A stretch of DNA of 64,000 nt from the NCBI GenBank assembly GCA_032718475.1, contig JAUCBJ010008996.1, positions 1-64,000 of the forward strand, read 5' to 3'. The notes below the pieces were generated by a model. That model saw nothing but the letters and a program-made list of their open reading frames with translations, was not told the origin of the DNA and ran no database searches. This DNA is from Nemertoderma westbladi (Eukaryota > Animalia > Xenacoelomorpha). Shown in pieces: positions 1 through 13,400 of this stretch. Each line of letters starts with the position of its first letter. Position 1 is the stretch's first letter. The translations under genes were made by a program, and so were the position numbers.

Positions 1-1249
1 CCAAAATTTATATGTCTTTTAGTCAATTAAAACACCTTTAGCATACGACAATATTTTATGCTAATACACAAAACATTAGCCGAAGTCAGCCCATGCGCGA
101 TCATTCACCCGATGGATCTACACCCGGGAGGCTGAATTCGGATGCTTAAATTTTATTATTGCAGTGTAAGGTTGCAGTGTAAACCTACTGTATTATTCGA
201 TAGATCGTTAATAATTAATTTCTGACAGATATTATTGGCTTTCGGGAAATATTAACAGTTCCTTTAGGACGTGGCGCTCTATCTATTTAAACAGAACTAG
301 GACTTATACTAAACGCAACGATACCGCTTATGATTAAAGTATAAGGCGTATTCTTTAGGAAATACTTTGTTACCAATCACAATCATGCACACTATTCTGC
401 CGACTGTCAGTAGATTTGATCACACATAAAGAGAGCAGCAATTGACTCATGTAGGGTCTGCTAAATAACATTAGATTCAATACACACCACATTAATATAA
501 ATCGCAATTGTTATGTATAGCCTGTCTCTCTAACCTGTAGTGTATCAAGAAAATTGGGAATTTTGGGTGATTTATCCGTATTCTCCAAAGAGCAATAATT
601 CATCAACAAATAGATACAATTAATAACTGACGGTAAATAACAGTACAAACAATATGATTAGTGCAGTTAAATTAAAATGATTGAGACTAGTTAAGTTCGT
701 TAGTTAAGTGAGGTAACAGTTATACTTTCGGTAATTTAAGCAGTTTTACTAGAGTTCTTCCCAAAAGCCGGTGTTATGGCGAAAAATGGGAACATAACAA
801 CAGAATCATATGAAGAATCATATGACTAGAATCACTATACGAGGATACCAACTACCCTTATTCCACGAAGCTCCCGTTCAACACAGAGGATGAGCATAGA
901 GATAGGAAATTCAGTTCAGTAGCTCTGGGATAGGTCGAAATCAACGCCCACTCAAATTCTATTGGCCGACACGGACAGCAGGGCAGAGGCAACCTCCCTA
1001 AGCTGGTTGGCCGATTAAACTGAGCCCAGATATCTCCGTACAGCACATCAGCCAATAAGCTGGTAGCTTGCACTATTTTAGTTATAAATCCCTTTGAGAG
1101 TATTCTAGCGACCGGGGGGGAACTGGCCAGCAAAGGCAAACGTATCAGTTATCCCACAAAAGCTTTTACACGGAGATTAAAAGGAGATTCCTGTGGCAAC
1201 GGGGGGTCTCATGTGAGAATGTGGCGGACATAATTATCTCTCTATCGGA

Positions 1250-1640
1250 TCACTCTGTTTGGCATCGGATAATTGTCCGGGACTGTTTGTTTATTCAGTT
1301 GCCTGTAATCGCCACACGGTCGAATTGAGCCATCTGGTTTTAGTACAGTATGTAAAGGTGATGACCATGGCGATTCCCGTCGCTCGACTATTCCTAGCTT
1401 AGAAAGAAGATCAAATTCATCTGAGGCAGCTTTCAACCGATCACAAAATAAACGTCTGGGCTTAGCGTAACATGGAGGCCCGTTAGTTACTATGGTGCCT
1501 GGTGGAATGTTTAACAGGATCACGAGCTGATATGTCAGTAAATACAGACTTATACTGATTTAGCAAGCGTTGAATTTTTCTATTCGCGCAGTTTGAATTA
1601 TTTGATACAGCACTTATGTTGGACTGTATTGTGTTGGACT
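1250..1640 (-). mobile_element. Decayed Ty3/Gypsy LTR retrotransposon pol fragment (linker plus N-terminal reverse transcriptase), frameshifted and truncated
   Basis: Two overlapping minus-strand ORFs join across a frameshift near 1490 into PVKHSTRHH/IVTNGPP...KPRRL...EF...GIV...SPWSSPLHTVLKPDGSIRPCGDYRQLNKQTVPDNYPMP, the canonical Gypsy RT N-terminus. Similarity stops before YxDD. Confidence 0.85.
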
Positions 1641-1959
1641 GGTTCCCAGTTAGGCTACAGTAGGCAATAGCAAGCATGCCTTAGAATGAGGGAGCTAAAA
1701 GTAGTATAGAGTGACAGGGTATTATAATAACTTAATTACGTTTAGATCAATTAAAAACACATTTCTTAAAGCAAATCACTTGAACTACAGTAATTAAATA
1801 CTATAATGGAATGGAGTCTGGGGATTACAGCATTATATAAATTTCAAGTATAATTATTTATATCTTATACTATAAAATAATTAATTTCCATTAAAAGCCA
1901 TGTTGAAAATGCTGTTTTTTACCCAAACCAACTTAATTAATTTTAATTTAATTAATTAA

Positions 1960-2186
1960 CTGCTATTATCTTAGCTTCTCGAAGGCCACACGCAAATTCA
2001 ACTTGGAAAATTTCTAAACTTTTGCCAGACTACATGTGTACCACGTTTGGATAGATTTTATCGAGATTTGGCTGAGTTATTAACTTTTAAAATTGAACAC
2101 AACAGATCGACAGAACAACAGACACACCGATTGAGATAGTGGTACCCGTATGCTAAGCTCGCTTACTTTCGTGGCTCGCCCCACAA
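1960..2186 (+). mobile_element. 3' fragment of a HINE-like (Helentron-associated) non-autonomous element
   Basis: Ends in TTCGTGGCTCGCCCCACAA, the same terminus as the copies ending at about 36783 and 37586, preceded by an ACAGA-rich microsatellite-like tract. Confidence 0.55.
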
Positions 2187-2644
2187 GTGTTTGAGGCCAT
2201 GTAACCTGACCCGCCCATTTCTGAGAATAATACAGAGGAGAAAGATAATGACCTCCTCCGTATAGTAACAACCGCAGTCATGTGATTGCCTGTTGTTATC
2301 TCAGAGACCTTGTACCCAAATTGTTGACATTATTGCCAAACGCACGTAAGATCATTAATCTTGAATACCAACCGTAATAATATTAGTTAGACTCGCGTTG
2401 CTTTAACACTGTGGCATATGTGGTTCATGTATTTATCATCTGGATAACAATTATTTATGAAACTAAGCAAGTGATAAGTTCGGTTCCAGTTATTCCTAAC
2501 GATATTTGAATAATAATTCGTTGAACTGGAATAAGAGTAGTGAGTTTTTCAACACACGGCCATGATACAGAAATAAAAAATATAATTTACCATATCAGTT
2601 AAAGTGAAATACGAAATACCAGAGACAACCTGAAGGTCATAACA

Positions 2645-2980
2645 AGAACTACAAAACAAAGACCCAAGACCAAAATAATAAAGACCTGTACAAACACATG
2701 TGTTAACTTTCGTTTGTTGTTTTGGTTCCCCCAACATGCCTCTGTAACCTGCTCCTTTACTAACCTGCTCCTTTAAATGGCCATGGGACATAATGCTCTT
2801 TGGGACCTAACGCTACTTTAACTCTTAGTTTTGTACAGGTCCCAAAGAGCGTTAGGTGCCATTGCAATTTAAAGGAGCAGGTTACAGAGGCGTGTTGGGG
2901 GAACCAAAACAATAAACGAAAGTTAACACATGTTACAATATTATGCAGGTCTTTATTATTTGGGTCTTTGTTTTGTAGTC
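2645..2980. mobile_element. Palindromic foldback/MITE-like dispersed element
   Basis: The left arm ACTACAAAACAAAGACCCAA...CCTCTGTAACCTGCTCCTTTA...GCTCTTTGGGACCT is the imperfect reverse complement of the right arm AGGTCCCAAAGAGCG...AGGAGCAGGTTACAGAGG...GTCTTTGTTTTGTAGT. Partial family copies occur at about 17855-17900 and 63235-63368. Confidence 0.65.
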
Positions 2981-4586
2981 ACCTCTGAAGGCACCTGGTG
3001 TGTATGTTACCTGGGGGCACACTCTTACTCCCACGGTCGTACACTCTTACTATCTTATCTACGCGTTCGTGCTAGGCCTACCAATGGAATTCGTAAAAGG
3101 TGCGTAGAATACTTTTAAGATTCGTAAAACCTTCGTCAATACTTGTAACTTTATTCGTGTTTCAATCGTTAGAGGGATACGCGATACTACTGTAATACTG
3201 CCAACACCAGGCACAAATTCATACATCATATCTACTATGATCTCGATTTTTTGTACAATTACAGCATCCACATAAATCAGAATCCATCCATAGTAACGAC
3301 TTTGCCTGTTTTTGTATCAATGGCGAAATGTAAAATGGGTTCGTATAAGATCGTTATGTTTTATTCTCTGCAATTAATTTCCTTTTATTAAGGCTGGCCA
3401 CATCACAACACCCTTAACGAATTAATTATATTTTATATTGGTTCGTTTCATTGGATGTATGGATCAGTTATACGTAAACAGTACGCCTCTTTACAGGCTG
3501 ATTGTATCATAATGCATTTATTTCGGAATTTGATACGATGTAATATAAAATATGCATTTGAAGATAAGGCATTATGGTATTAGTTTACTGATTAAGGCCA
3601 CTCACTATGTCTATCCAACAAATCGCTATTACAACGTCGCTTTCTCTGATTGGCCAACGTCCCAAAGACCTTTGTATTCTAACTGTTTGCATTATTAAAA
3701 ATCTCAATTATCAATACTATGGAAATGTATTATTAAGTCAAACAGCCACTTAAGAATTTTACACTTCTCTCATCTTATTAAAGAATTAAAGAGTTCGGTA
3801 TATAAGCACTCATTGTGTGGTGATTATGTCCTATTATCGGTAAATTATTTAAACAATGTAGGACTCGTACGAGAAGGTGAAGGGGCTCGGTTCAGCAACT
3901 TTAGCCGCACAATATATCAGCCACACCGAAGATGCATTACAGAACGCCTCTCTATACACTACTGCAATATATCTCCATTATCATTACTACTGCAGTGTAA
4001 ATATTATTAATGGCTGACCACCACGTTCCCCTCACCAATCAGAACAAGACCACATACAGGCCACAGGCTGGTCAGTTCTACGAAATCAGTGGAAGGCAAT
4101 GGCCTGCAAGTCCGGCAGGGTAGTACTGGGTTTTGACAACTTTCGACTACTACCGAGATAGTACCATTACGAGATAGTACCGCAGTTACAGAGCATCAGT
4201 GGTTGCCATAGTGCAGTACAGGCTCTACTGCGACAGGGAATGAATGCAGACCATTCGTTGCCCTTTCGCATCGGAGGTATTCAGTAGATCTTTGAATCCA
4301 AGATCCTATGCTTTCCTATATTACAAACCGGCCCATCCAAGAACCTGAACACAGTTGATGGTCGATGCGATGGCATGCTGGGAGAATCTAATTTTCCAGT
4401 CAGAAAGTTTGATCTTTGTAGGATTTACAAATCTTTTAATCTTTGAATACTATCCATTGTTTCTGACATTTAAACACAGAATTTTTATATATATTATATT
4501 TTCTCAATATAAACTATAACGGCTTCCTTAAGAAATAGAATCGTTAGTCATTATTGTGGTACTTCTTTGCACGCAATGCACGGGAC

Positions 4587-4806
4587 ATTTGTACTAAGTA
4601 ATCATGGCTTTGCGCGGCATATTTGTACTAAGTAATCATGGCTTTGCGCGGCATATTTGTACTAAGTAATCATGGCTTTGCGCGGCATATTTGTACTAAG
4701 TAATCATGGCTTTGCGCGGCATATTTGTACTAAGTAATCATGGCTTTGCGCGGCATATTTGTACTAAGTAATCATGGCTTTGCGCAGCATATTTGTACGA
4801 AGTAAT
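4587..4806. repeat. 34-bp minisatellite, about 6.5 copies
   Basis: Unit ATTTGTACTAAGTAATCATGGCTTTGCGCGGCAT starts at 4587, 4621 and onward; a detached partial copy is at about 5169-5217. Confidence 0.95.
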
Positions 4807-5467
4807 GATCCAGTTTCGCTCTCCTCCGGTAATATCTGATGTGTCTGCGGGGGTTCCGGTCTGCTGCCAAGCTACCGGTGCGAGCAGCAGCTGTCACTGT
4901 AACGTCCATCGTGTTAGCGAACGCTGACTCAGAGCCAGGAATATTTACATAGGTTACAGGCTGGTTGGGGTTGGGGGTGGTGCAATATTAAAACTGTGTT
5001 TGTTGTTGTTTTACTTTTTAAATTTCCCGCGTTTCAGTAATTAGTGTCTTTAATTGTTTGTTCAATATCTATAAATTTGAAAATGTTTTCTTTGAAAATG
5101 TGTTTGAATTTCTGAAGGTCTTTTAGTATTTTGTGAATAAATGAGTCTTATAAAGTAAAAAAAAAAGATCTAAGTAATCAAGGCATTGTGCAGCATATTT
5201 GTACTGAGTAATCATGGATCTGTAATACCACAGGCGGTATGCCATCAACACGACAAGCTTCATTGTATTAGAAGAAGCTTAATAATTTTTCTACTTAAAC
5301 AGAAAACGTGAAACACTGTGAAGGACAGACGATGTATATTGAAGTCATCAGGAAGAACTCGATCATACTTGATCAGTTTGAGATTCCGCAGTTTCCTTCG
5401 CAGTTGGTTGCCTATTTTTTACAGAGAGATTATTTGCTTGCTATGCTGGAGCAGATTTTCATCAGTG

Positions 5468-8400
5468 TCATTGATTTTTAGCTGTTCTTTGTCCACCGTT
5501 CATCTGTATACTGCCTAGTTCCACGGATTGGGCATTTTATTTTTAGCTGTTCACTGACTAGCTCCAATGAATTGGACATTGGTTTTTAGCTGTTCACTGA
5601 CTAGCTCCAAGGATTGGACATTGATCTTTAGCTGTCCACTGACTAGCTCCAAGGATTGGACATTGATTTTTAGCTGTTCTTTGTCCCCCGTTCATCTGTA
5701 TACTGCCTAGTTCCACGGATTGGGCATTTTATTTTTAGCTGTTCACTGACTAGCTCCAATGAATTGGACATTGGTTTTTAGCTGTTCACTGACTAGCTCC
5801 AAGGATTGGACATTGATCTTTAGCTGTCCACTGACTAGCTCCAAGGATTGGACATTGATTTTTAGCTGTTCACTGACTAGCTCCACGGATTTGACATTGA
5901 TTTTTAGCTGTTCACTGACTAGCTCCACGGATTGGACATTGATTTTTAGCTGTTCACTGACTAGCTCCCGGATTTGACATTGATCTTTAGCTGTCCACTG
6001 ATTAGCTCCACGGATTAGACATTGAGTTTTAGCTGTTCATTGACTGGCTCCAACGCATTAGACATTGATTTTTAGCTGTTCACTGACTAGCTCCAAGGAT
6101 TGGACATTGGTTTTAAGCTGTTCACTGACTAGCTCCACGGATTTGACATTGATTTTTAGCTGTTCACTGACTAGCTCCACGGATTTGACATTGATTTTTA
6201 GCTGTTCACTGACTAGCTCCACGGATTGGACATTGGTTTTAAGCTGTTTACTGACTAGCTCCAAGGATTGGACATTGATTTTTAGCTGTTCACTGACTAG
6301 CTCCACGGATTGGACATTGATTTTTAGCTGTTCACTGACTAGCTCCAAGGATTGGACATTGGTTTTAAGCTGTTCACTGACTAGCTCCACGGAGTTGACA
6401 TTGATTTTTAGCTGTTCACTGACTAGCTCCACGGATTTGACATTGATGTTTAGCTGTTCACTGACTAGCTCCACGGATTGGACATTGGTTTTAAGCTGTT
6501 CACTGACTAGCTCCAAGGATTGGACATTGATTTTTAGCTGTTCACTGACTAGCTCCACGGATTGGACATTGATTTTTAGCTGTTCACTGACTAGCTCCAA
6601 GGAATGGACATTGATTTTTAGCTGTTCACTGACAAGCTCCACGGATTTGACATTGATTTTTAGCTGTTCATTGACTGGCTCCAACGCATTGGACATTGAT
6701 TTTTAGCTGTTCACTGACTAGCTCCAAGGATTGGACATTGGTTTTAAGCTGTTCACTGACTAGCTCCAAGGATTGGACATTGGTTTTAAACTGTTCACTG
6801 ACTAGCTCCACGGATTGGACATTGATTTTTAGCTGTTCACTGACTAGCTCCACGGATTGGACATTGATTTTTAGTTGTTCACTGACTAGCTCCACGGATT
6901 AGACATTGATTTTTAGCTGTCCACTGACTAGCTCCACGGATTGGACATTGATTTTTAGCTGTTCACTGACTAGCTCCACGGATTAGACATTGATTTTTAG
7001 CTGTCCACTGACTAGCTCCACGGATTGGACATTGGTTTTTAGCTGTTCACTGACTAGCTCCACTGATTGGACATTGATCTTTAGCTGTCCACTGACTAGC
7101 TCCACTGATTGGACATTGATTTTTAGCTGTTCCCTGACTAGCTTCGCGGATTGGACATTGATTTTTAGCTGTTCACTGAATAGCTCCACGGATTAGACAT
7201 TGATTTTTAGCTGTCCACTGACTAGCTCCACGGATTGGACATTGATTTTTAGCTATTCCCTGACTAGCTTCGCGGATTGGACATTGATTTTTAGCTGTTC
7301 ACTGAATAGCTCCACGGATTAGACATTGATTTTTAGCTGTTCACTGAATAGCTCCACGGATTAGACATTGATTTTTAGCTGTTCACTGACTAGCTCCACG
7401 GATTGGACATTGGTTTTTAGCTGTTCACTGACTAGCTCCACGGAATAGACATTGATCTTTAGCTGTTCATTGACTGGCTCCAACGGATTGGACATTGATC
7501 TTTAGCTGTCCACTGACTATCTTATCTCCACGGATTGGACATTGATTTTTAGCTGTTCACTGACTAGCTCCACGGATTGGACATAGATTTTTAGTTGTTC
7601 ACTGACTAGCTCCAATGAATTGGGCATTGATTTTTAGCTGTTCACTGACTAGCTCCACGGATTAGACATTGATTTTTAGCTGTTCAATGACTAGCTCCAC
7701 GGATTGGACATTGATTTTTAGTTGTTCACTGACTAGCTCCACGGATTGGACATTGATTTTTAGCTGTTCAATGACTAGCTCCACGGATTGGACATTGGTT
7801 TTAAGCTGTTCACTGACTAGCTCCACGGATTGGACATTGATTTTTAGCTGTTCACTGACTAGCTCCACTGATTGGTCATTGATCTTTAGCTGTCCACTGA
7901 CTAGCTCCACAGATTGGACATTGATTTTTAGCTGTTCACTGACTAGCTCCACGGATTGGACATTGATTTTTAGTTGTTCACTGACTAGCTCCACGGATTG
8001 GACATTGATTTTTAGCTGTTCACTGACTAGCTCCACGGATTGGACATTGGTTTTAAGCAGTTCACTGACTAGCTCCACGGATTGGACATTGATTTTTAGC
8101 TGTTCACTGACTAGCTCCACGGATTGGACATTGGTTTTAAGCTGTTCACTGACTAGCTCCACGGATTGGACATTGATTTTTAGCTGTCCACTGACTAGCT
8201 CCACGGATTGGACATTGATTTTTAGCTGTTCCCTGACTAGCTCCACGGATTAGACATTGATCTTTAGCTGTTCATTGACTGGCTCCAACGGATTGGACAT
8301 TGATCTTTATCTGTCCACTGACTAGCTCCAAGGATTGGACATTGGTTTTTAGCTGTTCACTGACTAGCTCCACGGATTAGACATTGATCTTTAGCTGTTC

Positions 8401-9078
8401 ACTGACTAGCTCCACGGATTAGACATTGATCTTTAGCTGTTCATTGACTGGCTCCAACGGATTGGACATTGATCTTTAGCTGTCCACTGACTAGCTCCAA
8501 GGATTGGACATTGGTTTTTAGCTGTTCACTGACTAGCTCCACGGATTATACATTGATCTTTAGCTGTTCACTGACTAGCTCCACTGATGGACATTGATTT
8601 TTACCTGTTCACTGACTAGCTCCACGGATTTGACATTGATCTTTAGCTGTTCATTGACTGGCTCCAACGGATTAGACATTGATTTTTAGCTGTTCACTGA
8701 CTATCTTATCTCCACGGATTGGACATTGATTTTTAGTTGTTCACTGACTAGCTCTACGGATTGGACATTGATTTTTAGTTGTTCACTGACTAGCTCCACG
8801 GATTGGACATTGATTTTTAGTTGTTCACTGACTAGCTCCACGGATTGGACATTGATTTTTAGTTGTTCACTGACTAGCTCCACGGATTGGACATTGATTT
8901 TTAGTTGTTCACTGACTAGCTCCACGGATTGGACATTGATTTTTAGTTGTTCACTGACTAGCTCCACGGATTGGACATTGATTTTTAGTTGTTCACTGAC
9001 TAGCTCCACGGATTGGACATTGATTTTTAGTTGTTCACTGACTAGCTCCACGGATTGGACATTGATTTTTAGCTGCCT
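5468..9078. repeat. 42-bp minisatellite/satellite array, about 85 copies
   Basis: Unit TTGATTTTTAGCTGTTCACTGACTAGCTCCACGGATTGGACA, with recurrent variant units. It accounts for all ORF-track entries at 5743-9082. Confidence 0.97.
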
Positions 9079-10407
9079 CTGATACGTTTTCCTGTGTTTG
9101 GAAGTAAAGGTACATAGTAAAGGTAGGTCTACATAGTAACCAACTCATCATAACTGTTTGAGACACTCTTTGTAGACCACTACTGCTGCTGCTATCTTGG
9201 GGGTTAATTTTATGTACTAGTTTGCTACAGTAGAAGCTAATTTTGGGGTAATGTGGTAGTTTTTGAGTCAAATACAGGTCAGCTGCAACTATAGTTGGCA
9301 GCTGTGGTAAAAGCTGATTAAGTTGATTGATGGTTAGTTGCTGATACAGTATCCACTACGGCCAGGCATGTTGTTTGTCAGGACGCTGCATTGATCCATA
9401 TGCAGTTTTCCAGTCTGTCGCAAGAAAAACCTCCTACCTTCCAATTTGTTATAAATAATCCTATTAAGCTGATACTCAGTAGAGGTCTACTATGTAAGAT
9501 GCTACGTCTGTGGAGGACTCTGTTCATTCAGCTGCTAGAAAGTTAAATATCTGAAGGTGAAACGTTCTATGATTATGATGTTTCTAATACTTGCAAGCCC
9601 ATACTTAGTAAAAACATACAACACCGGATTGTCTACATCATTGTGTATCAATGATATAGACTACTCACAATCAGGGAGGGCGCACATCTCTCTGCAGTTG
9701 TCCATTTTGTCTCTAGGGGTGAAATGTCTGAAAGTGAACATCTTCTCGCGTTTTGTTATTTATACACTTTTTGGGCTGATATAGAGATATACTACACCAC
9801 AGGCATAGTGGTGGCAGTATGTGGCAGTTGTGCCACTTGCATAAATTCACAACACGCATATTACTGGTAGCTATGAACTGTCACCTGTTAGCATATAAAA
9901 TTAACATAATATTGTCACTGCTCATATATACTAAAAAAACGTACCTAGTACTATATAAAAATAATTAAAAATATTCCAAAAATAAATATACTGTTAAATA
10001 CTTAAATACCCTGCCTAAATCAACTGAATTTAATCAAATATTAATATACAAATATAACACACAAATCATCTGTCCTGAGTTACACAATAACACCGAGTTT
10101 ACAAAATGTATCAAAATAGGTATACATTGAGCGTAATTATCAATGAGCGTCATTGAGCGAAGGTAATTATTATTTTGAGCTCTTGGCAATTACCACAATA
10201 TAAATCTTGAGTCCCGAGTGATCCAGTGAGTTTTCTCAAACATTCAATATTTATCATGAGAGCTCCTGATAATAATTATGTTGAATGTTGAGAGTTACTT
10301 GGTAGTCAGAAGGTAACTGACTAGAGCACATTTAATTAAATTAATAATAAAATTTTGATTAATAAATTTAGGTACTTAAAAAAGTAATTAAGTTTTAAAT
10401 TTATATC

Positions 10408-13400
10408 ATGATGACATCAGCAATAATGAAACGCGAGTTAGTTTTCTATGTGAATGGGGTAGAAGTTCGCGAACCTCAACCACAACCGGAGACAACGTTG
10501 ATCTACTATCTACGGAATTCCCTGGGATTAACCGGAACAAAGTTGGGCTGTGGTGAAGGAGGATGTGGTGCCTGTACGGTAATGATATCTCGATACAACA
10601 ATAAACTAAAGAAAGTCGTTCACTTCACTGCAGTATCATGTTTGTTGCCGCTATGTTACGTACACCAGTGTCATGTTACCACGGTAGAGGGTGTCGGTAG
10701 TGTTAGAAATGGTTTACATCCAGTGCAGGAGCGACTAGCTAAATACCACGGATCTCAGTGTGGTTTCTGTACCCCTGGTATTATCATGTCGATGTACACA
10801 TTGCTTAGGAACAAGAGTACCCCGAGTATGGATGATATTGAGAGCGCCATGCAGGGTAACCTGTGTCGTTGTACTGGCTATAGACCTATATTGGAAGCAT
10901 ACCATACCTTCACTCCAGAGGGCGCTAACAAGTGCCCAATGGGTGCTGATTGCTGCAAAGTCAAAAAAATACCATTAGTAGCTGATGATAAGCTGCAGTT
11001 GTATAAGAAAGCTGATGGGAATAAGGAAACACAGGATGTGATCTTTCCACCTGCTCTGGTTTTAGCTGCTTCGAGTCCAGCCGAGTTAGTGAAATTTCAA
11101 GGAAATCGCTCAACCTGGTATATTCCTTCAAATTTAGATGATTTGCTTCTTATAAAAAAAGAATTTCCAAGTTGCAAGATAATTACAGGAAATACCGAGG
11201 TTGGTGTAGAAGTGAAGTTTAAAGGATTTGAGTATCCGGTTCTTGTAAACCCTGTTAATGTCACTGAACTAAATGCAGTCAAAATAACATCTAGTGGGAT
11301 TCAGTTTGGTGCTAATATAACACTGACCCAATTAAATGAGATTATTACATCGGCTATTGATTCTTATGAAGAATCAAAATGTCGATCTTTCAAGGCTTTT
11401 AGGGAAATGCTGCACTGGTTCGCCGGTTCACAAGTCCGAAACATGTCATCTGTTGGTGGTAATATTATGACGGCCAGTCCCATCTCTGATCTAAATCCTC
11501 TATTTTTGGCAACAAAATCAAGAGTAGAAATCATCGATTCTACAACCAAACAGATTCGCACAGTTAATATGGATGGAAAGTTTTATCCAGCATATCGAAA
11601 GACCATCCTCACCCCAACCGAAATTCTTCTTAGTGTCAATATTCCTTGCACTGAAAACGATGAATTCTTTATGGGTTTCAAACAATCCAAACGCAAAGAA
11701 GATGATATTGCTATAGTTAATGCTGGTATGTGGGTATCAATGGATCGAAGCCAAAATGTTGTTCGTGATATACGACTTGCATATGGTGGAATGGCTCCCA
11801 CTACTGTTATGGCTACGAAAACAATGGAAACACTAAAGGGCAAGATATGGAATGAAGCTTTGATCCAGACAGCATGCAGCACCTTAGCTGAAGATTTACC
11901 ACTAAGCATGGATGCACCTGGGGCTATGGTTGCATTCCGACAGACACTGACAACAAGTCTATTCTTTAAATTCTTTCTACATGTTTCTGAATCTCTTTAT
12001 CTAAAACAGAATGGTTTTATAAAACTTCCTGATGCAGTAACTTCCTCTTCAGAAACCAAAGATCACACCAACGAGTATCTTACTCCACCTCATACACAAT
12101 TCAATCCTTCAGCCCTACAGACATATGAGGAAGTAGATTCGAACCAGAACAAATGGGATGTTGTGGGGAGACCAGTAATGCATTTATCTGGGGAAGAACA
12201 TACAACAGGGGAAGCCATATATTTCAATGATATGCCTAAAGTATACAATGAGTTGTACTTGGCATTGGTAACCAGCAGTAAAGCTCACGCACGAATTATC
12301 TCTGTCGATGCATCTAAGGCTCTGGCTTTAGAGGGTGTTCATAGTTATTTAGACCACAAAGACATTCCAGGGAATAACAAAGTACAGACAGTTGTGGATA
12401 GAGATGAAGAAGTATTTGCTGTGAATGAAGTGTTTAGTGTCGGACAAGTAATTGGTGCGATTGTTGCTGAAGATGAGCCCATAGCCAGAAGAGCTGCAAA
12501 GTTAGTAATAATTAAATATGAGGATCTTCCTGCTATTTTAACCATCGAGGAAGCAATTGCCAATAATTCCTTTATGGGACCTGTAAACAATTTAGAAAGA
12601 GGAGACTTTGATAGTGATTTCGCTACAAGCGAGCATAGATTAGAAGGCAGCTACCGTGTTGGTGGACAGGAGCACTTCTATTTAGAGACACATGGCGCTT
12701 TGTCTGTACCAAAACCAGAGAAAAATGAAATGGAGATATTTAGTTCTTGCCAAGCTCCCGAGACTGCCCAACGCTTGGCTGCTGAAGCTTTGGGTATTGA
12801 CTTCAACCGAGTTGTTGCCCGTGTAAAACGTCTCGGGGGAGGATTTGGGGGGAAAGAAACAAGAATGCACATGGCAACCACAACAACGGCTGTGGCAGCA
12901 CACGTAACCGGTAGGCCAGTGAGGTACAGCATGGATCGAGAGGAAGATATGAGTATGACTGGTGGAAGACATTCATTCCTTTTCAAATACAAAGTTGGAT
13001 TCAATTCAAATGGAACAGTTAATGCCCTTCAATTGGAAATATTTAGCAATGGAGGAAATTCCTTGGATCTATCTGGCGCAGTATGCACCTTTGCTTGCTA
13101 TAATGCAGACAGCAGTTTCAACATCAAAAGTCTCCGTGTTCATGGTAAGGTGTGCAAGACGAATCTGCCATCAAATACAGCATTTAGAGGGTTTGGATTA
13201 CCACAAACATTATGTGCTATTGGAAATATAATGACAGATATTGCAGCTTTCGTTAACAAGCTAGATGTAGATATTATTGGAATGAATATGTACCATACTG
13301 GTGATTTAACCCACTTTGGCCAAGAACTTACTGATGCTGATAATCTTCGGAGGTGTTGGTCGGAATGCATTACTAAATCTCGCTATAGAGAAAAACTTGA

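Noticed and set aside
5743-9082. Many repetitive ORFs on both strands
   Set aside because: They are translations of the 42-bp array, broken by stops and frameshifts; no intact gene.
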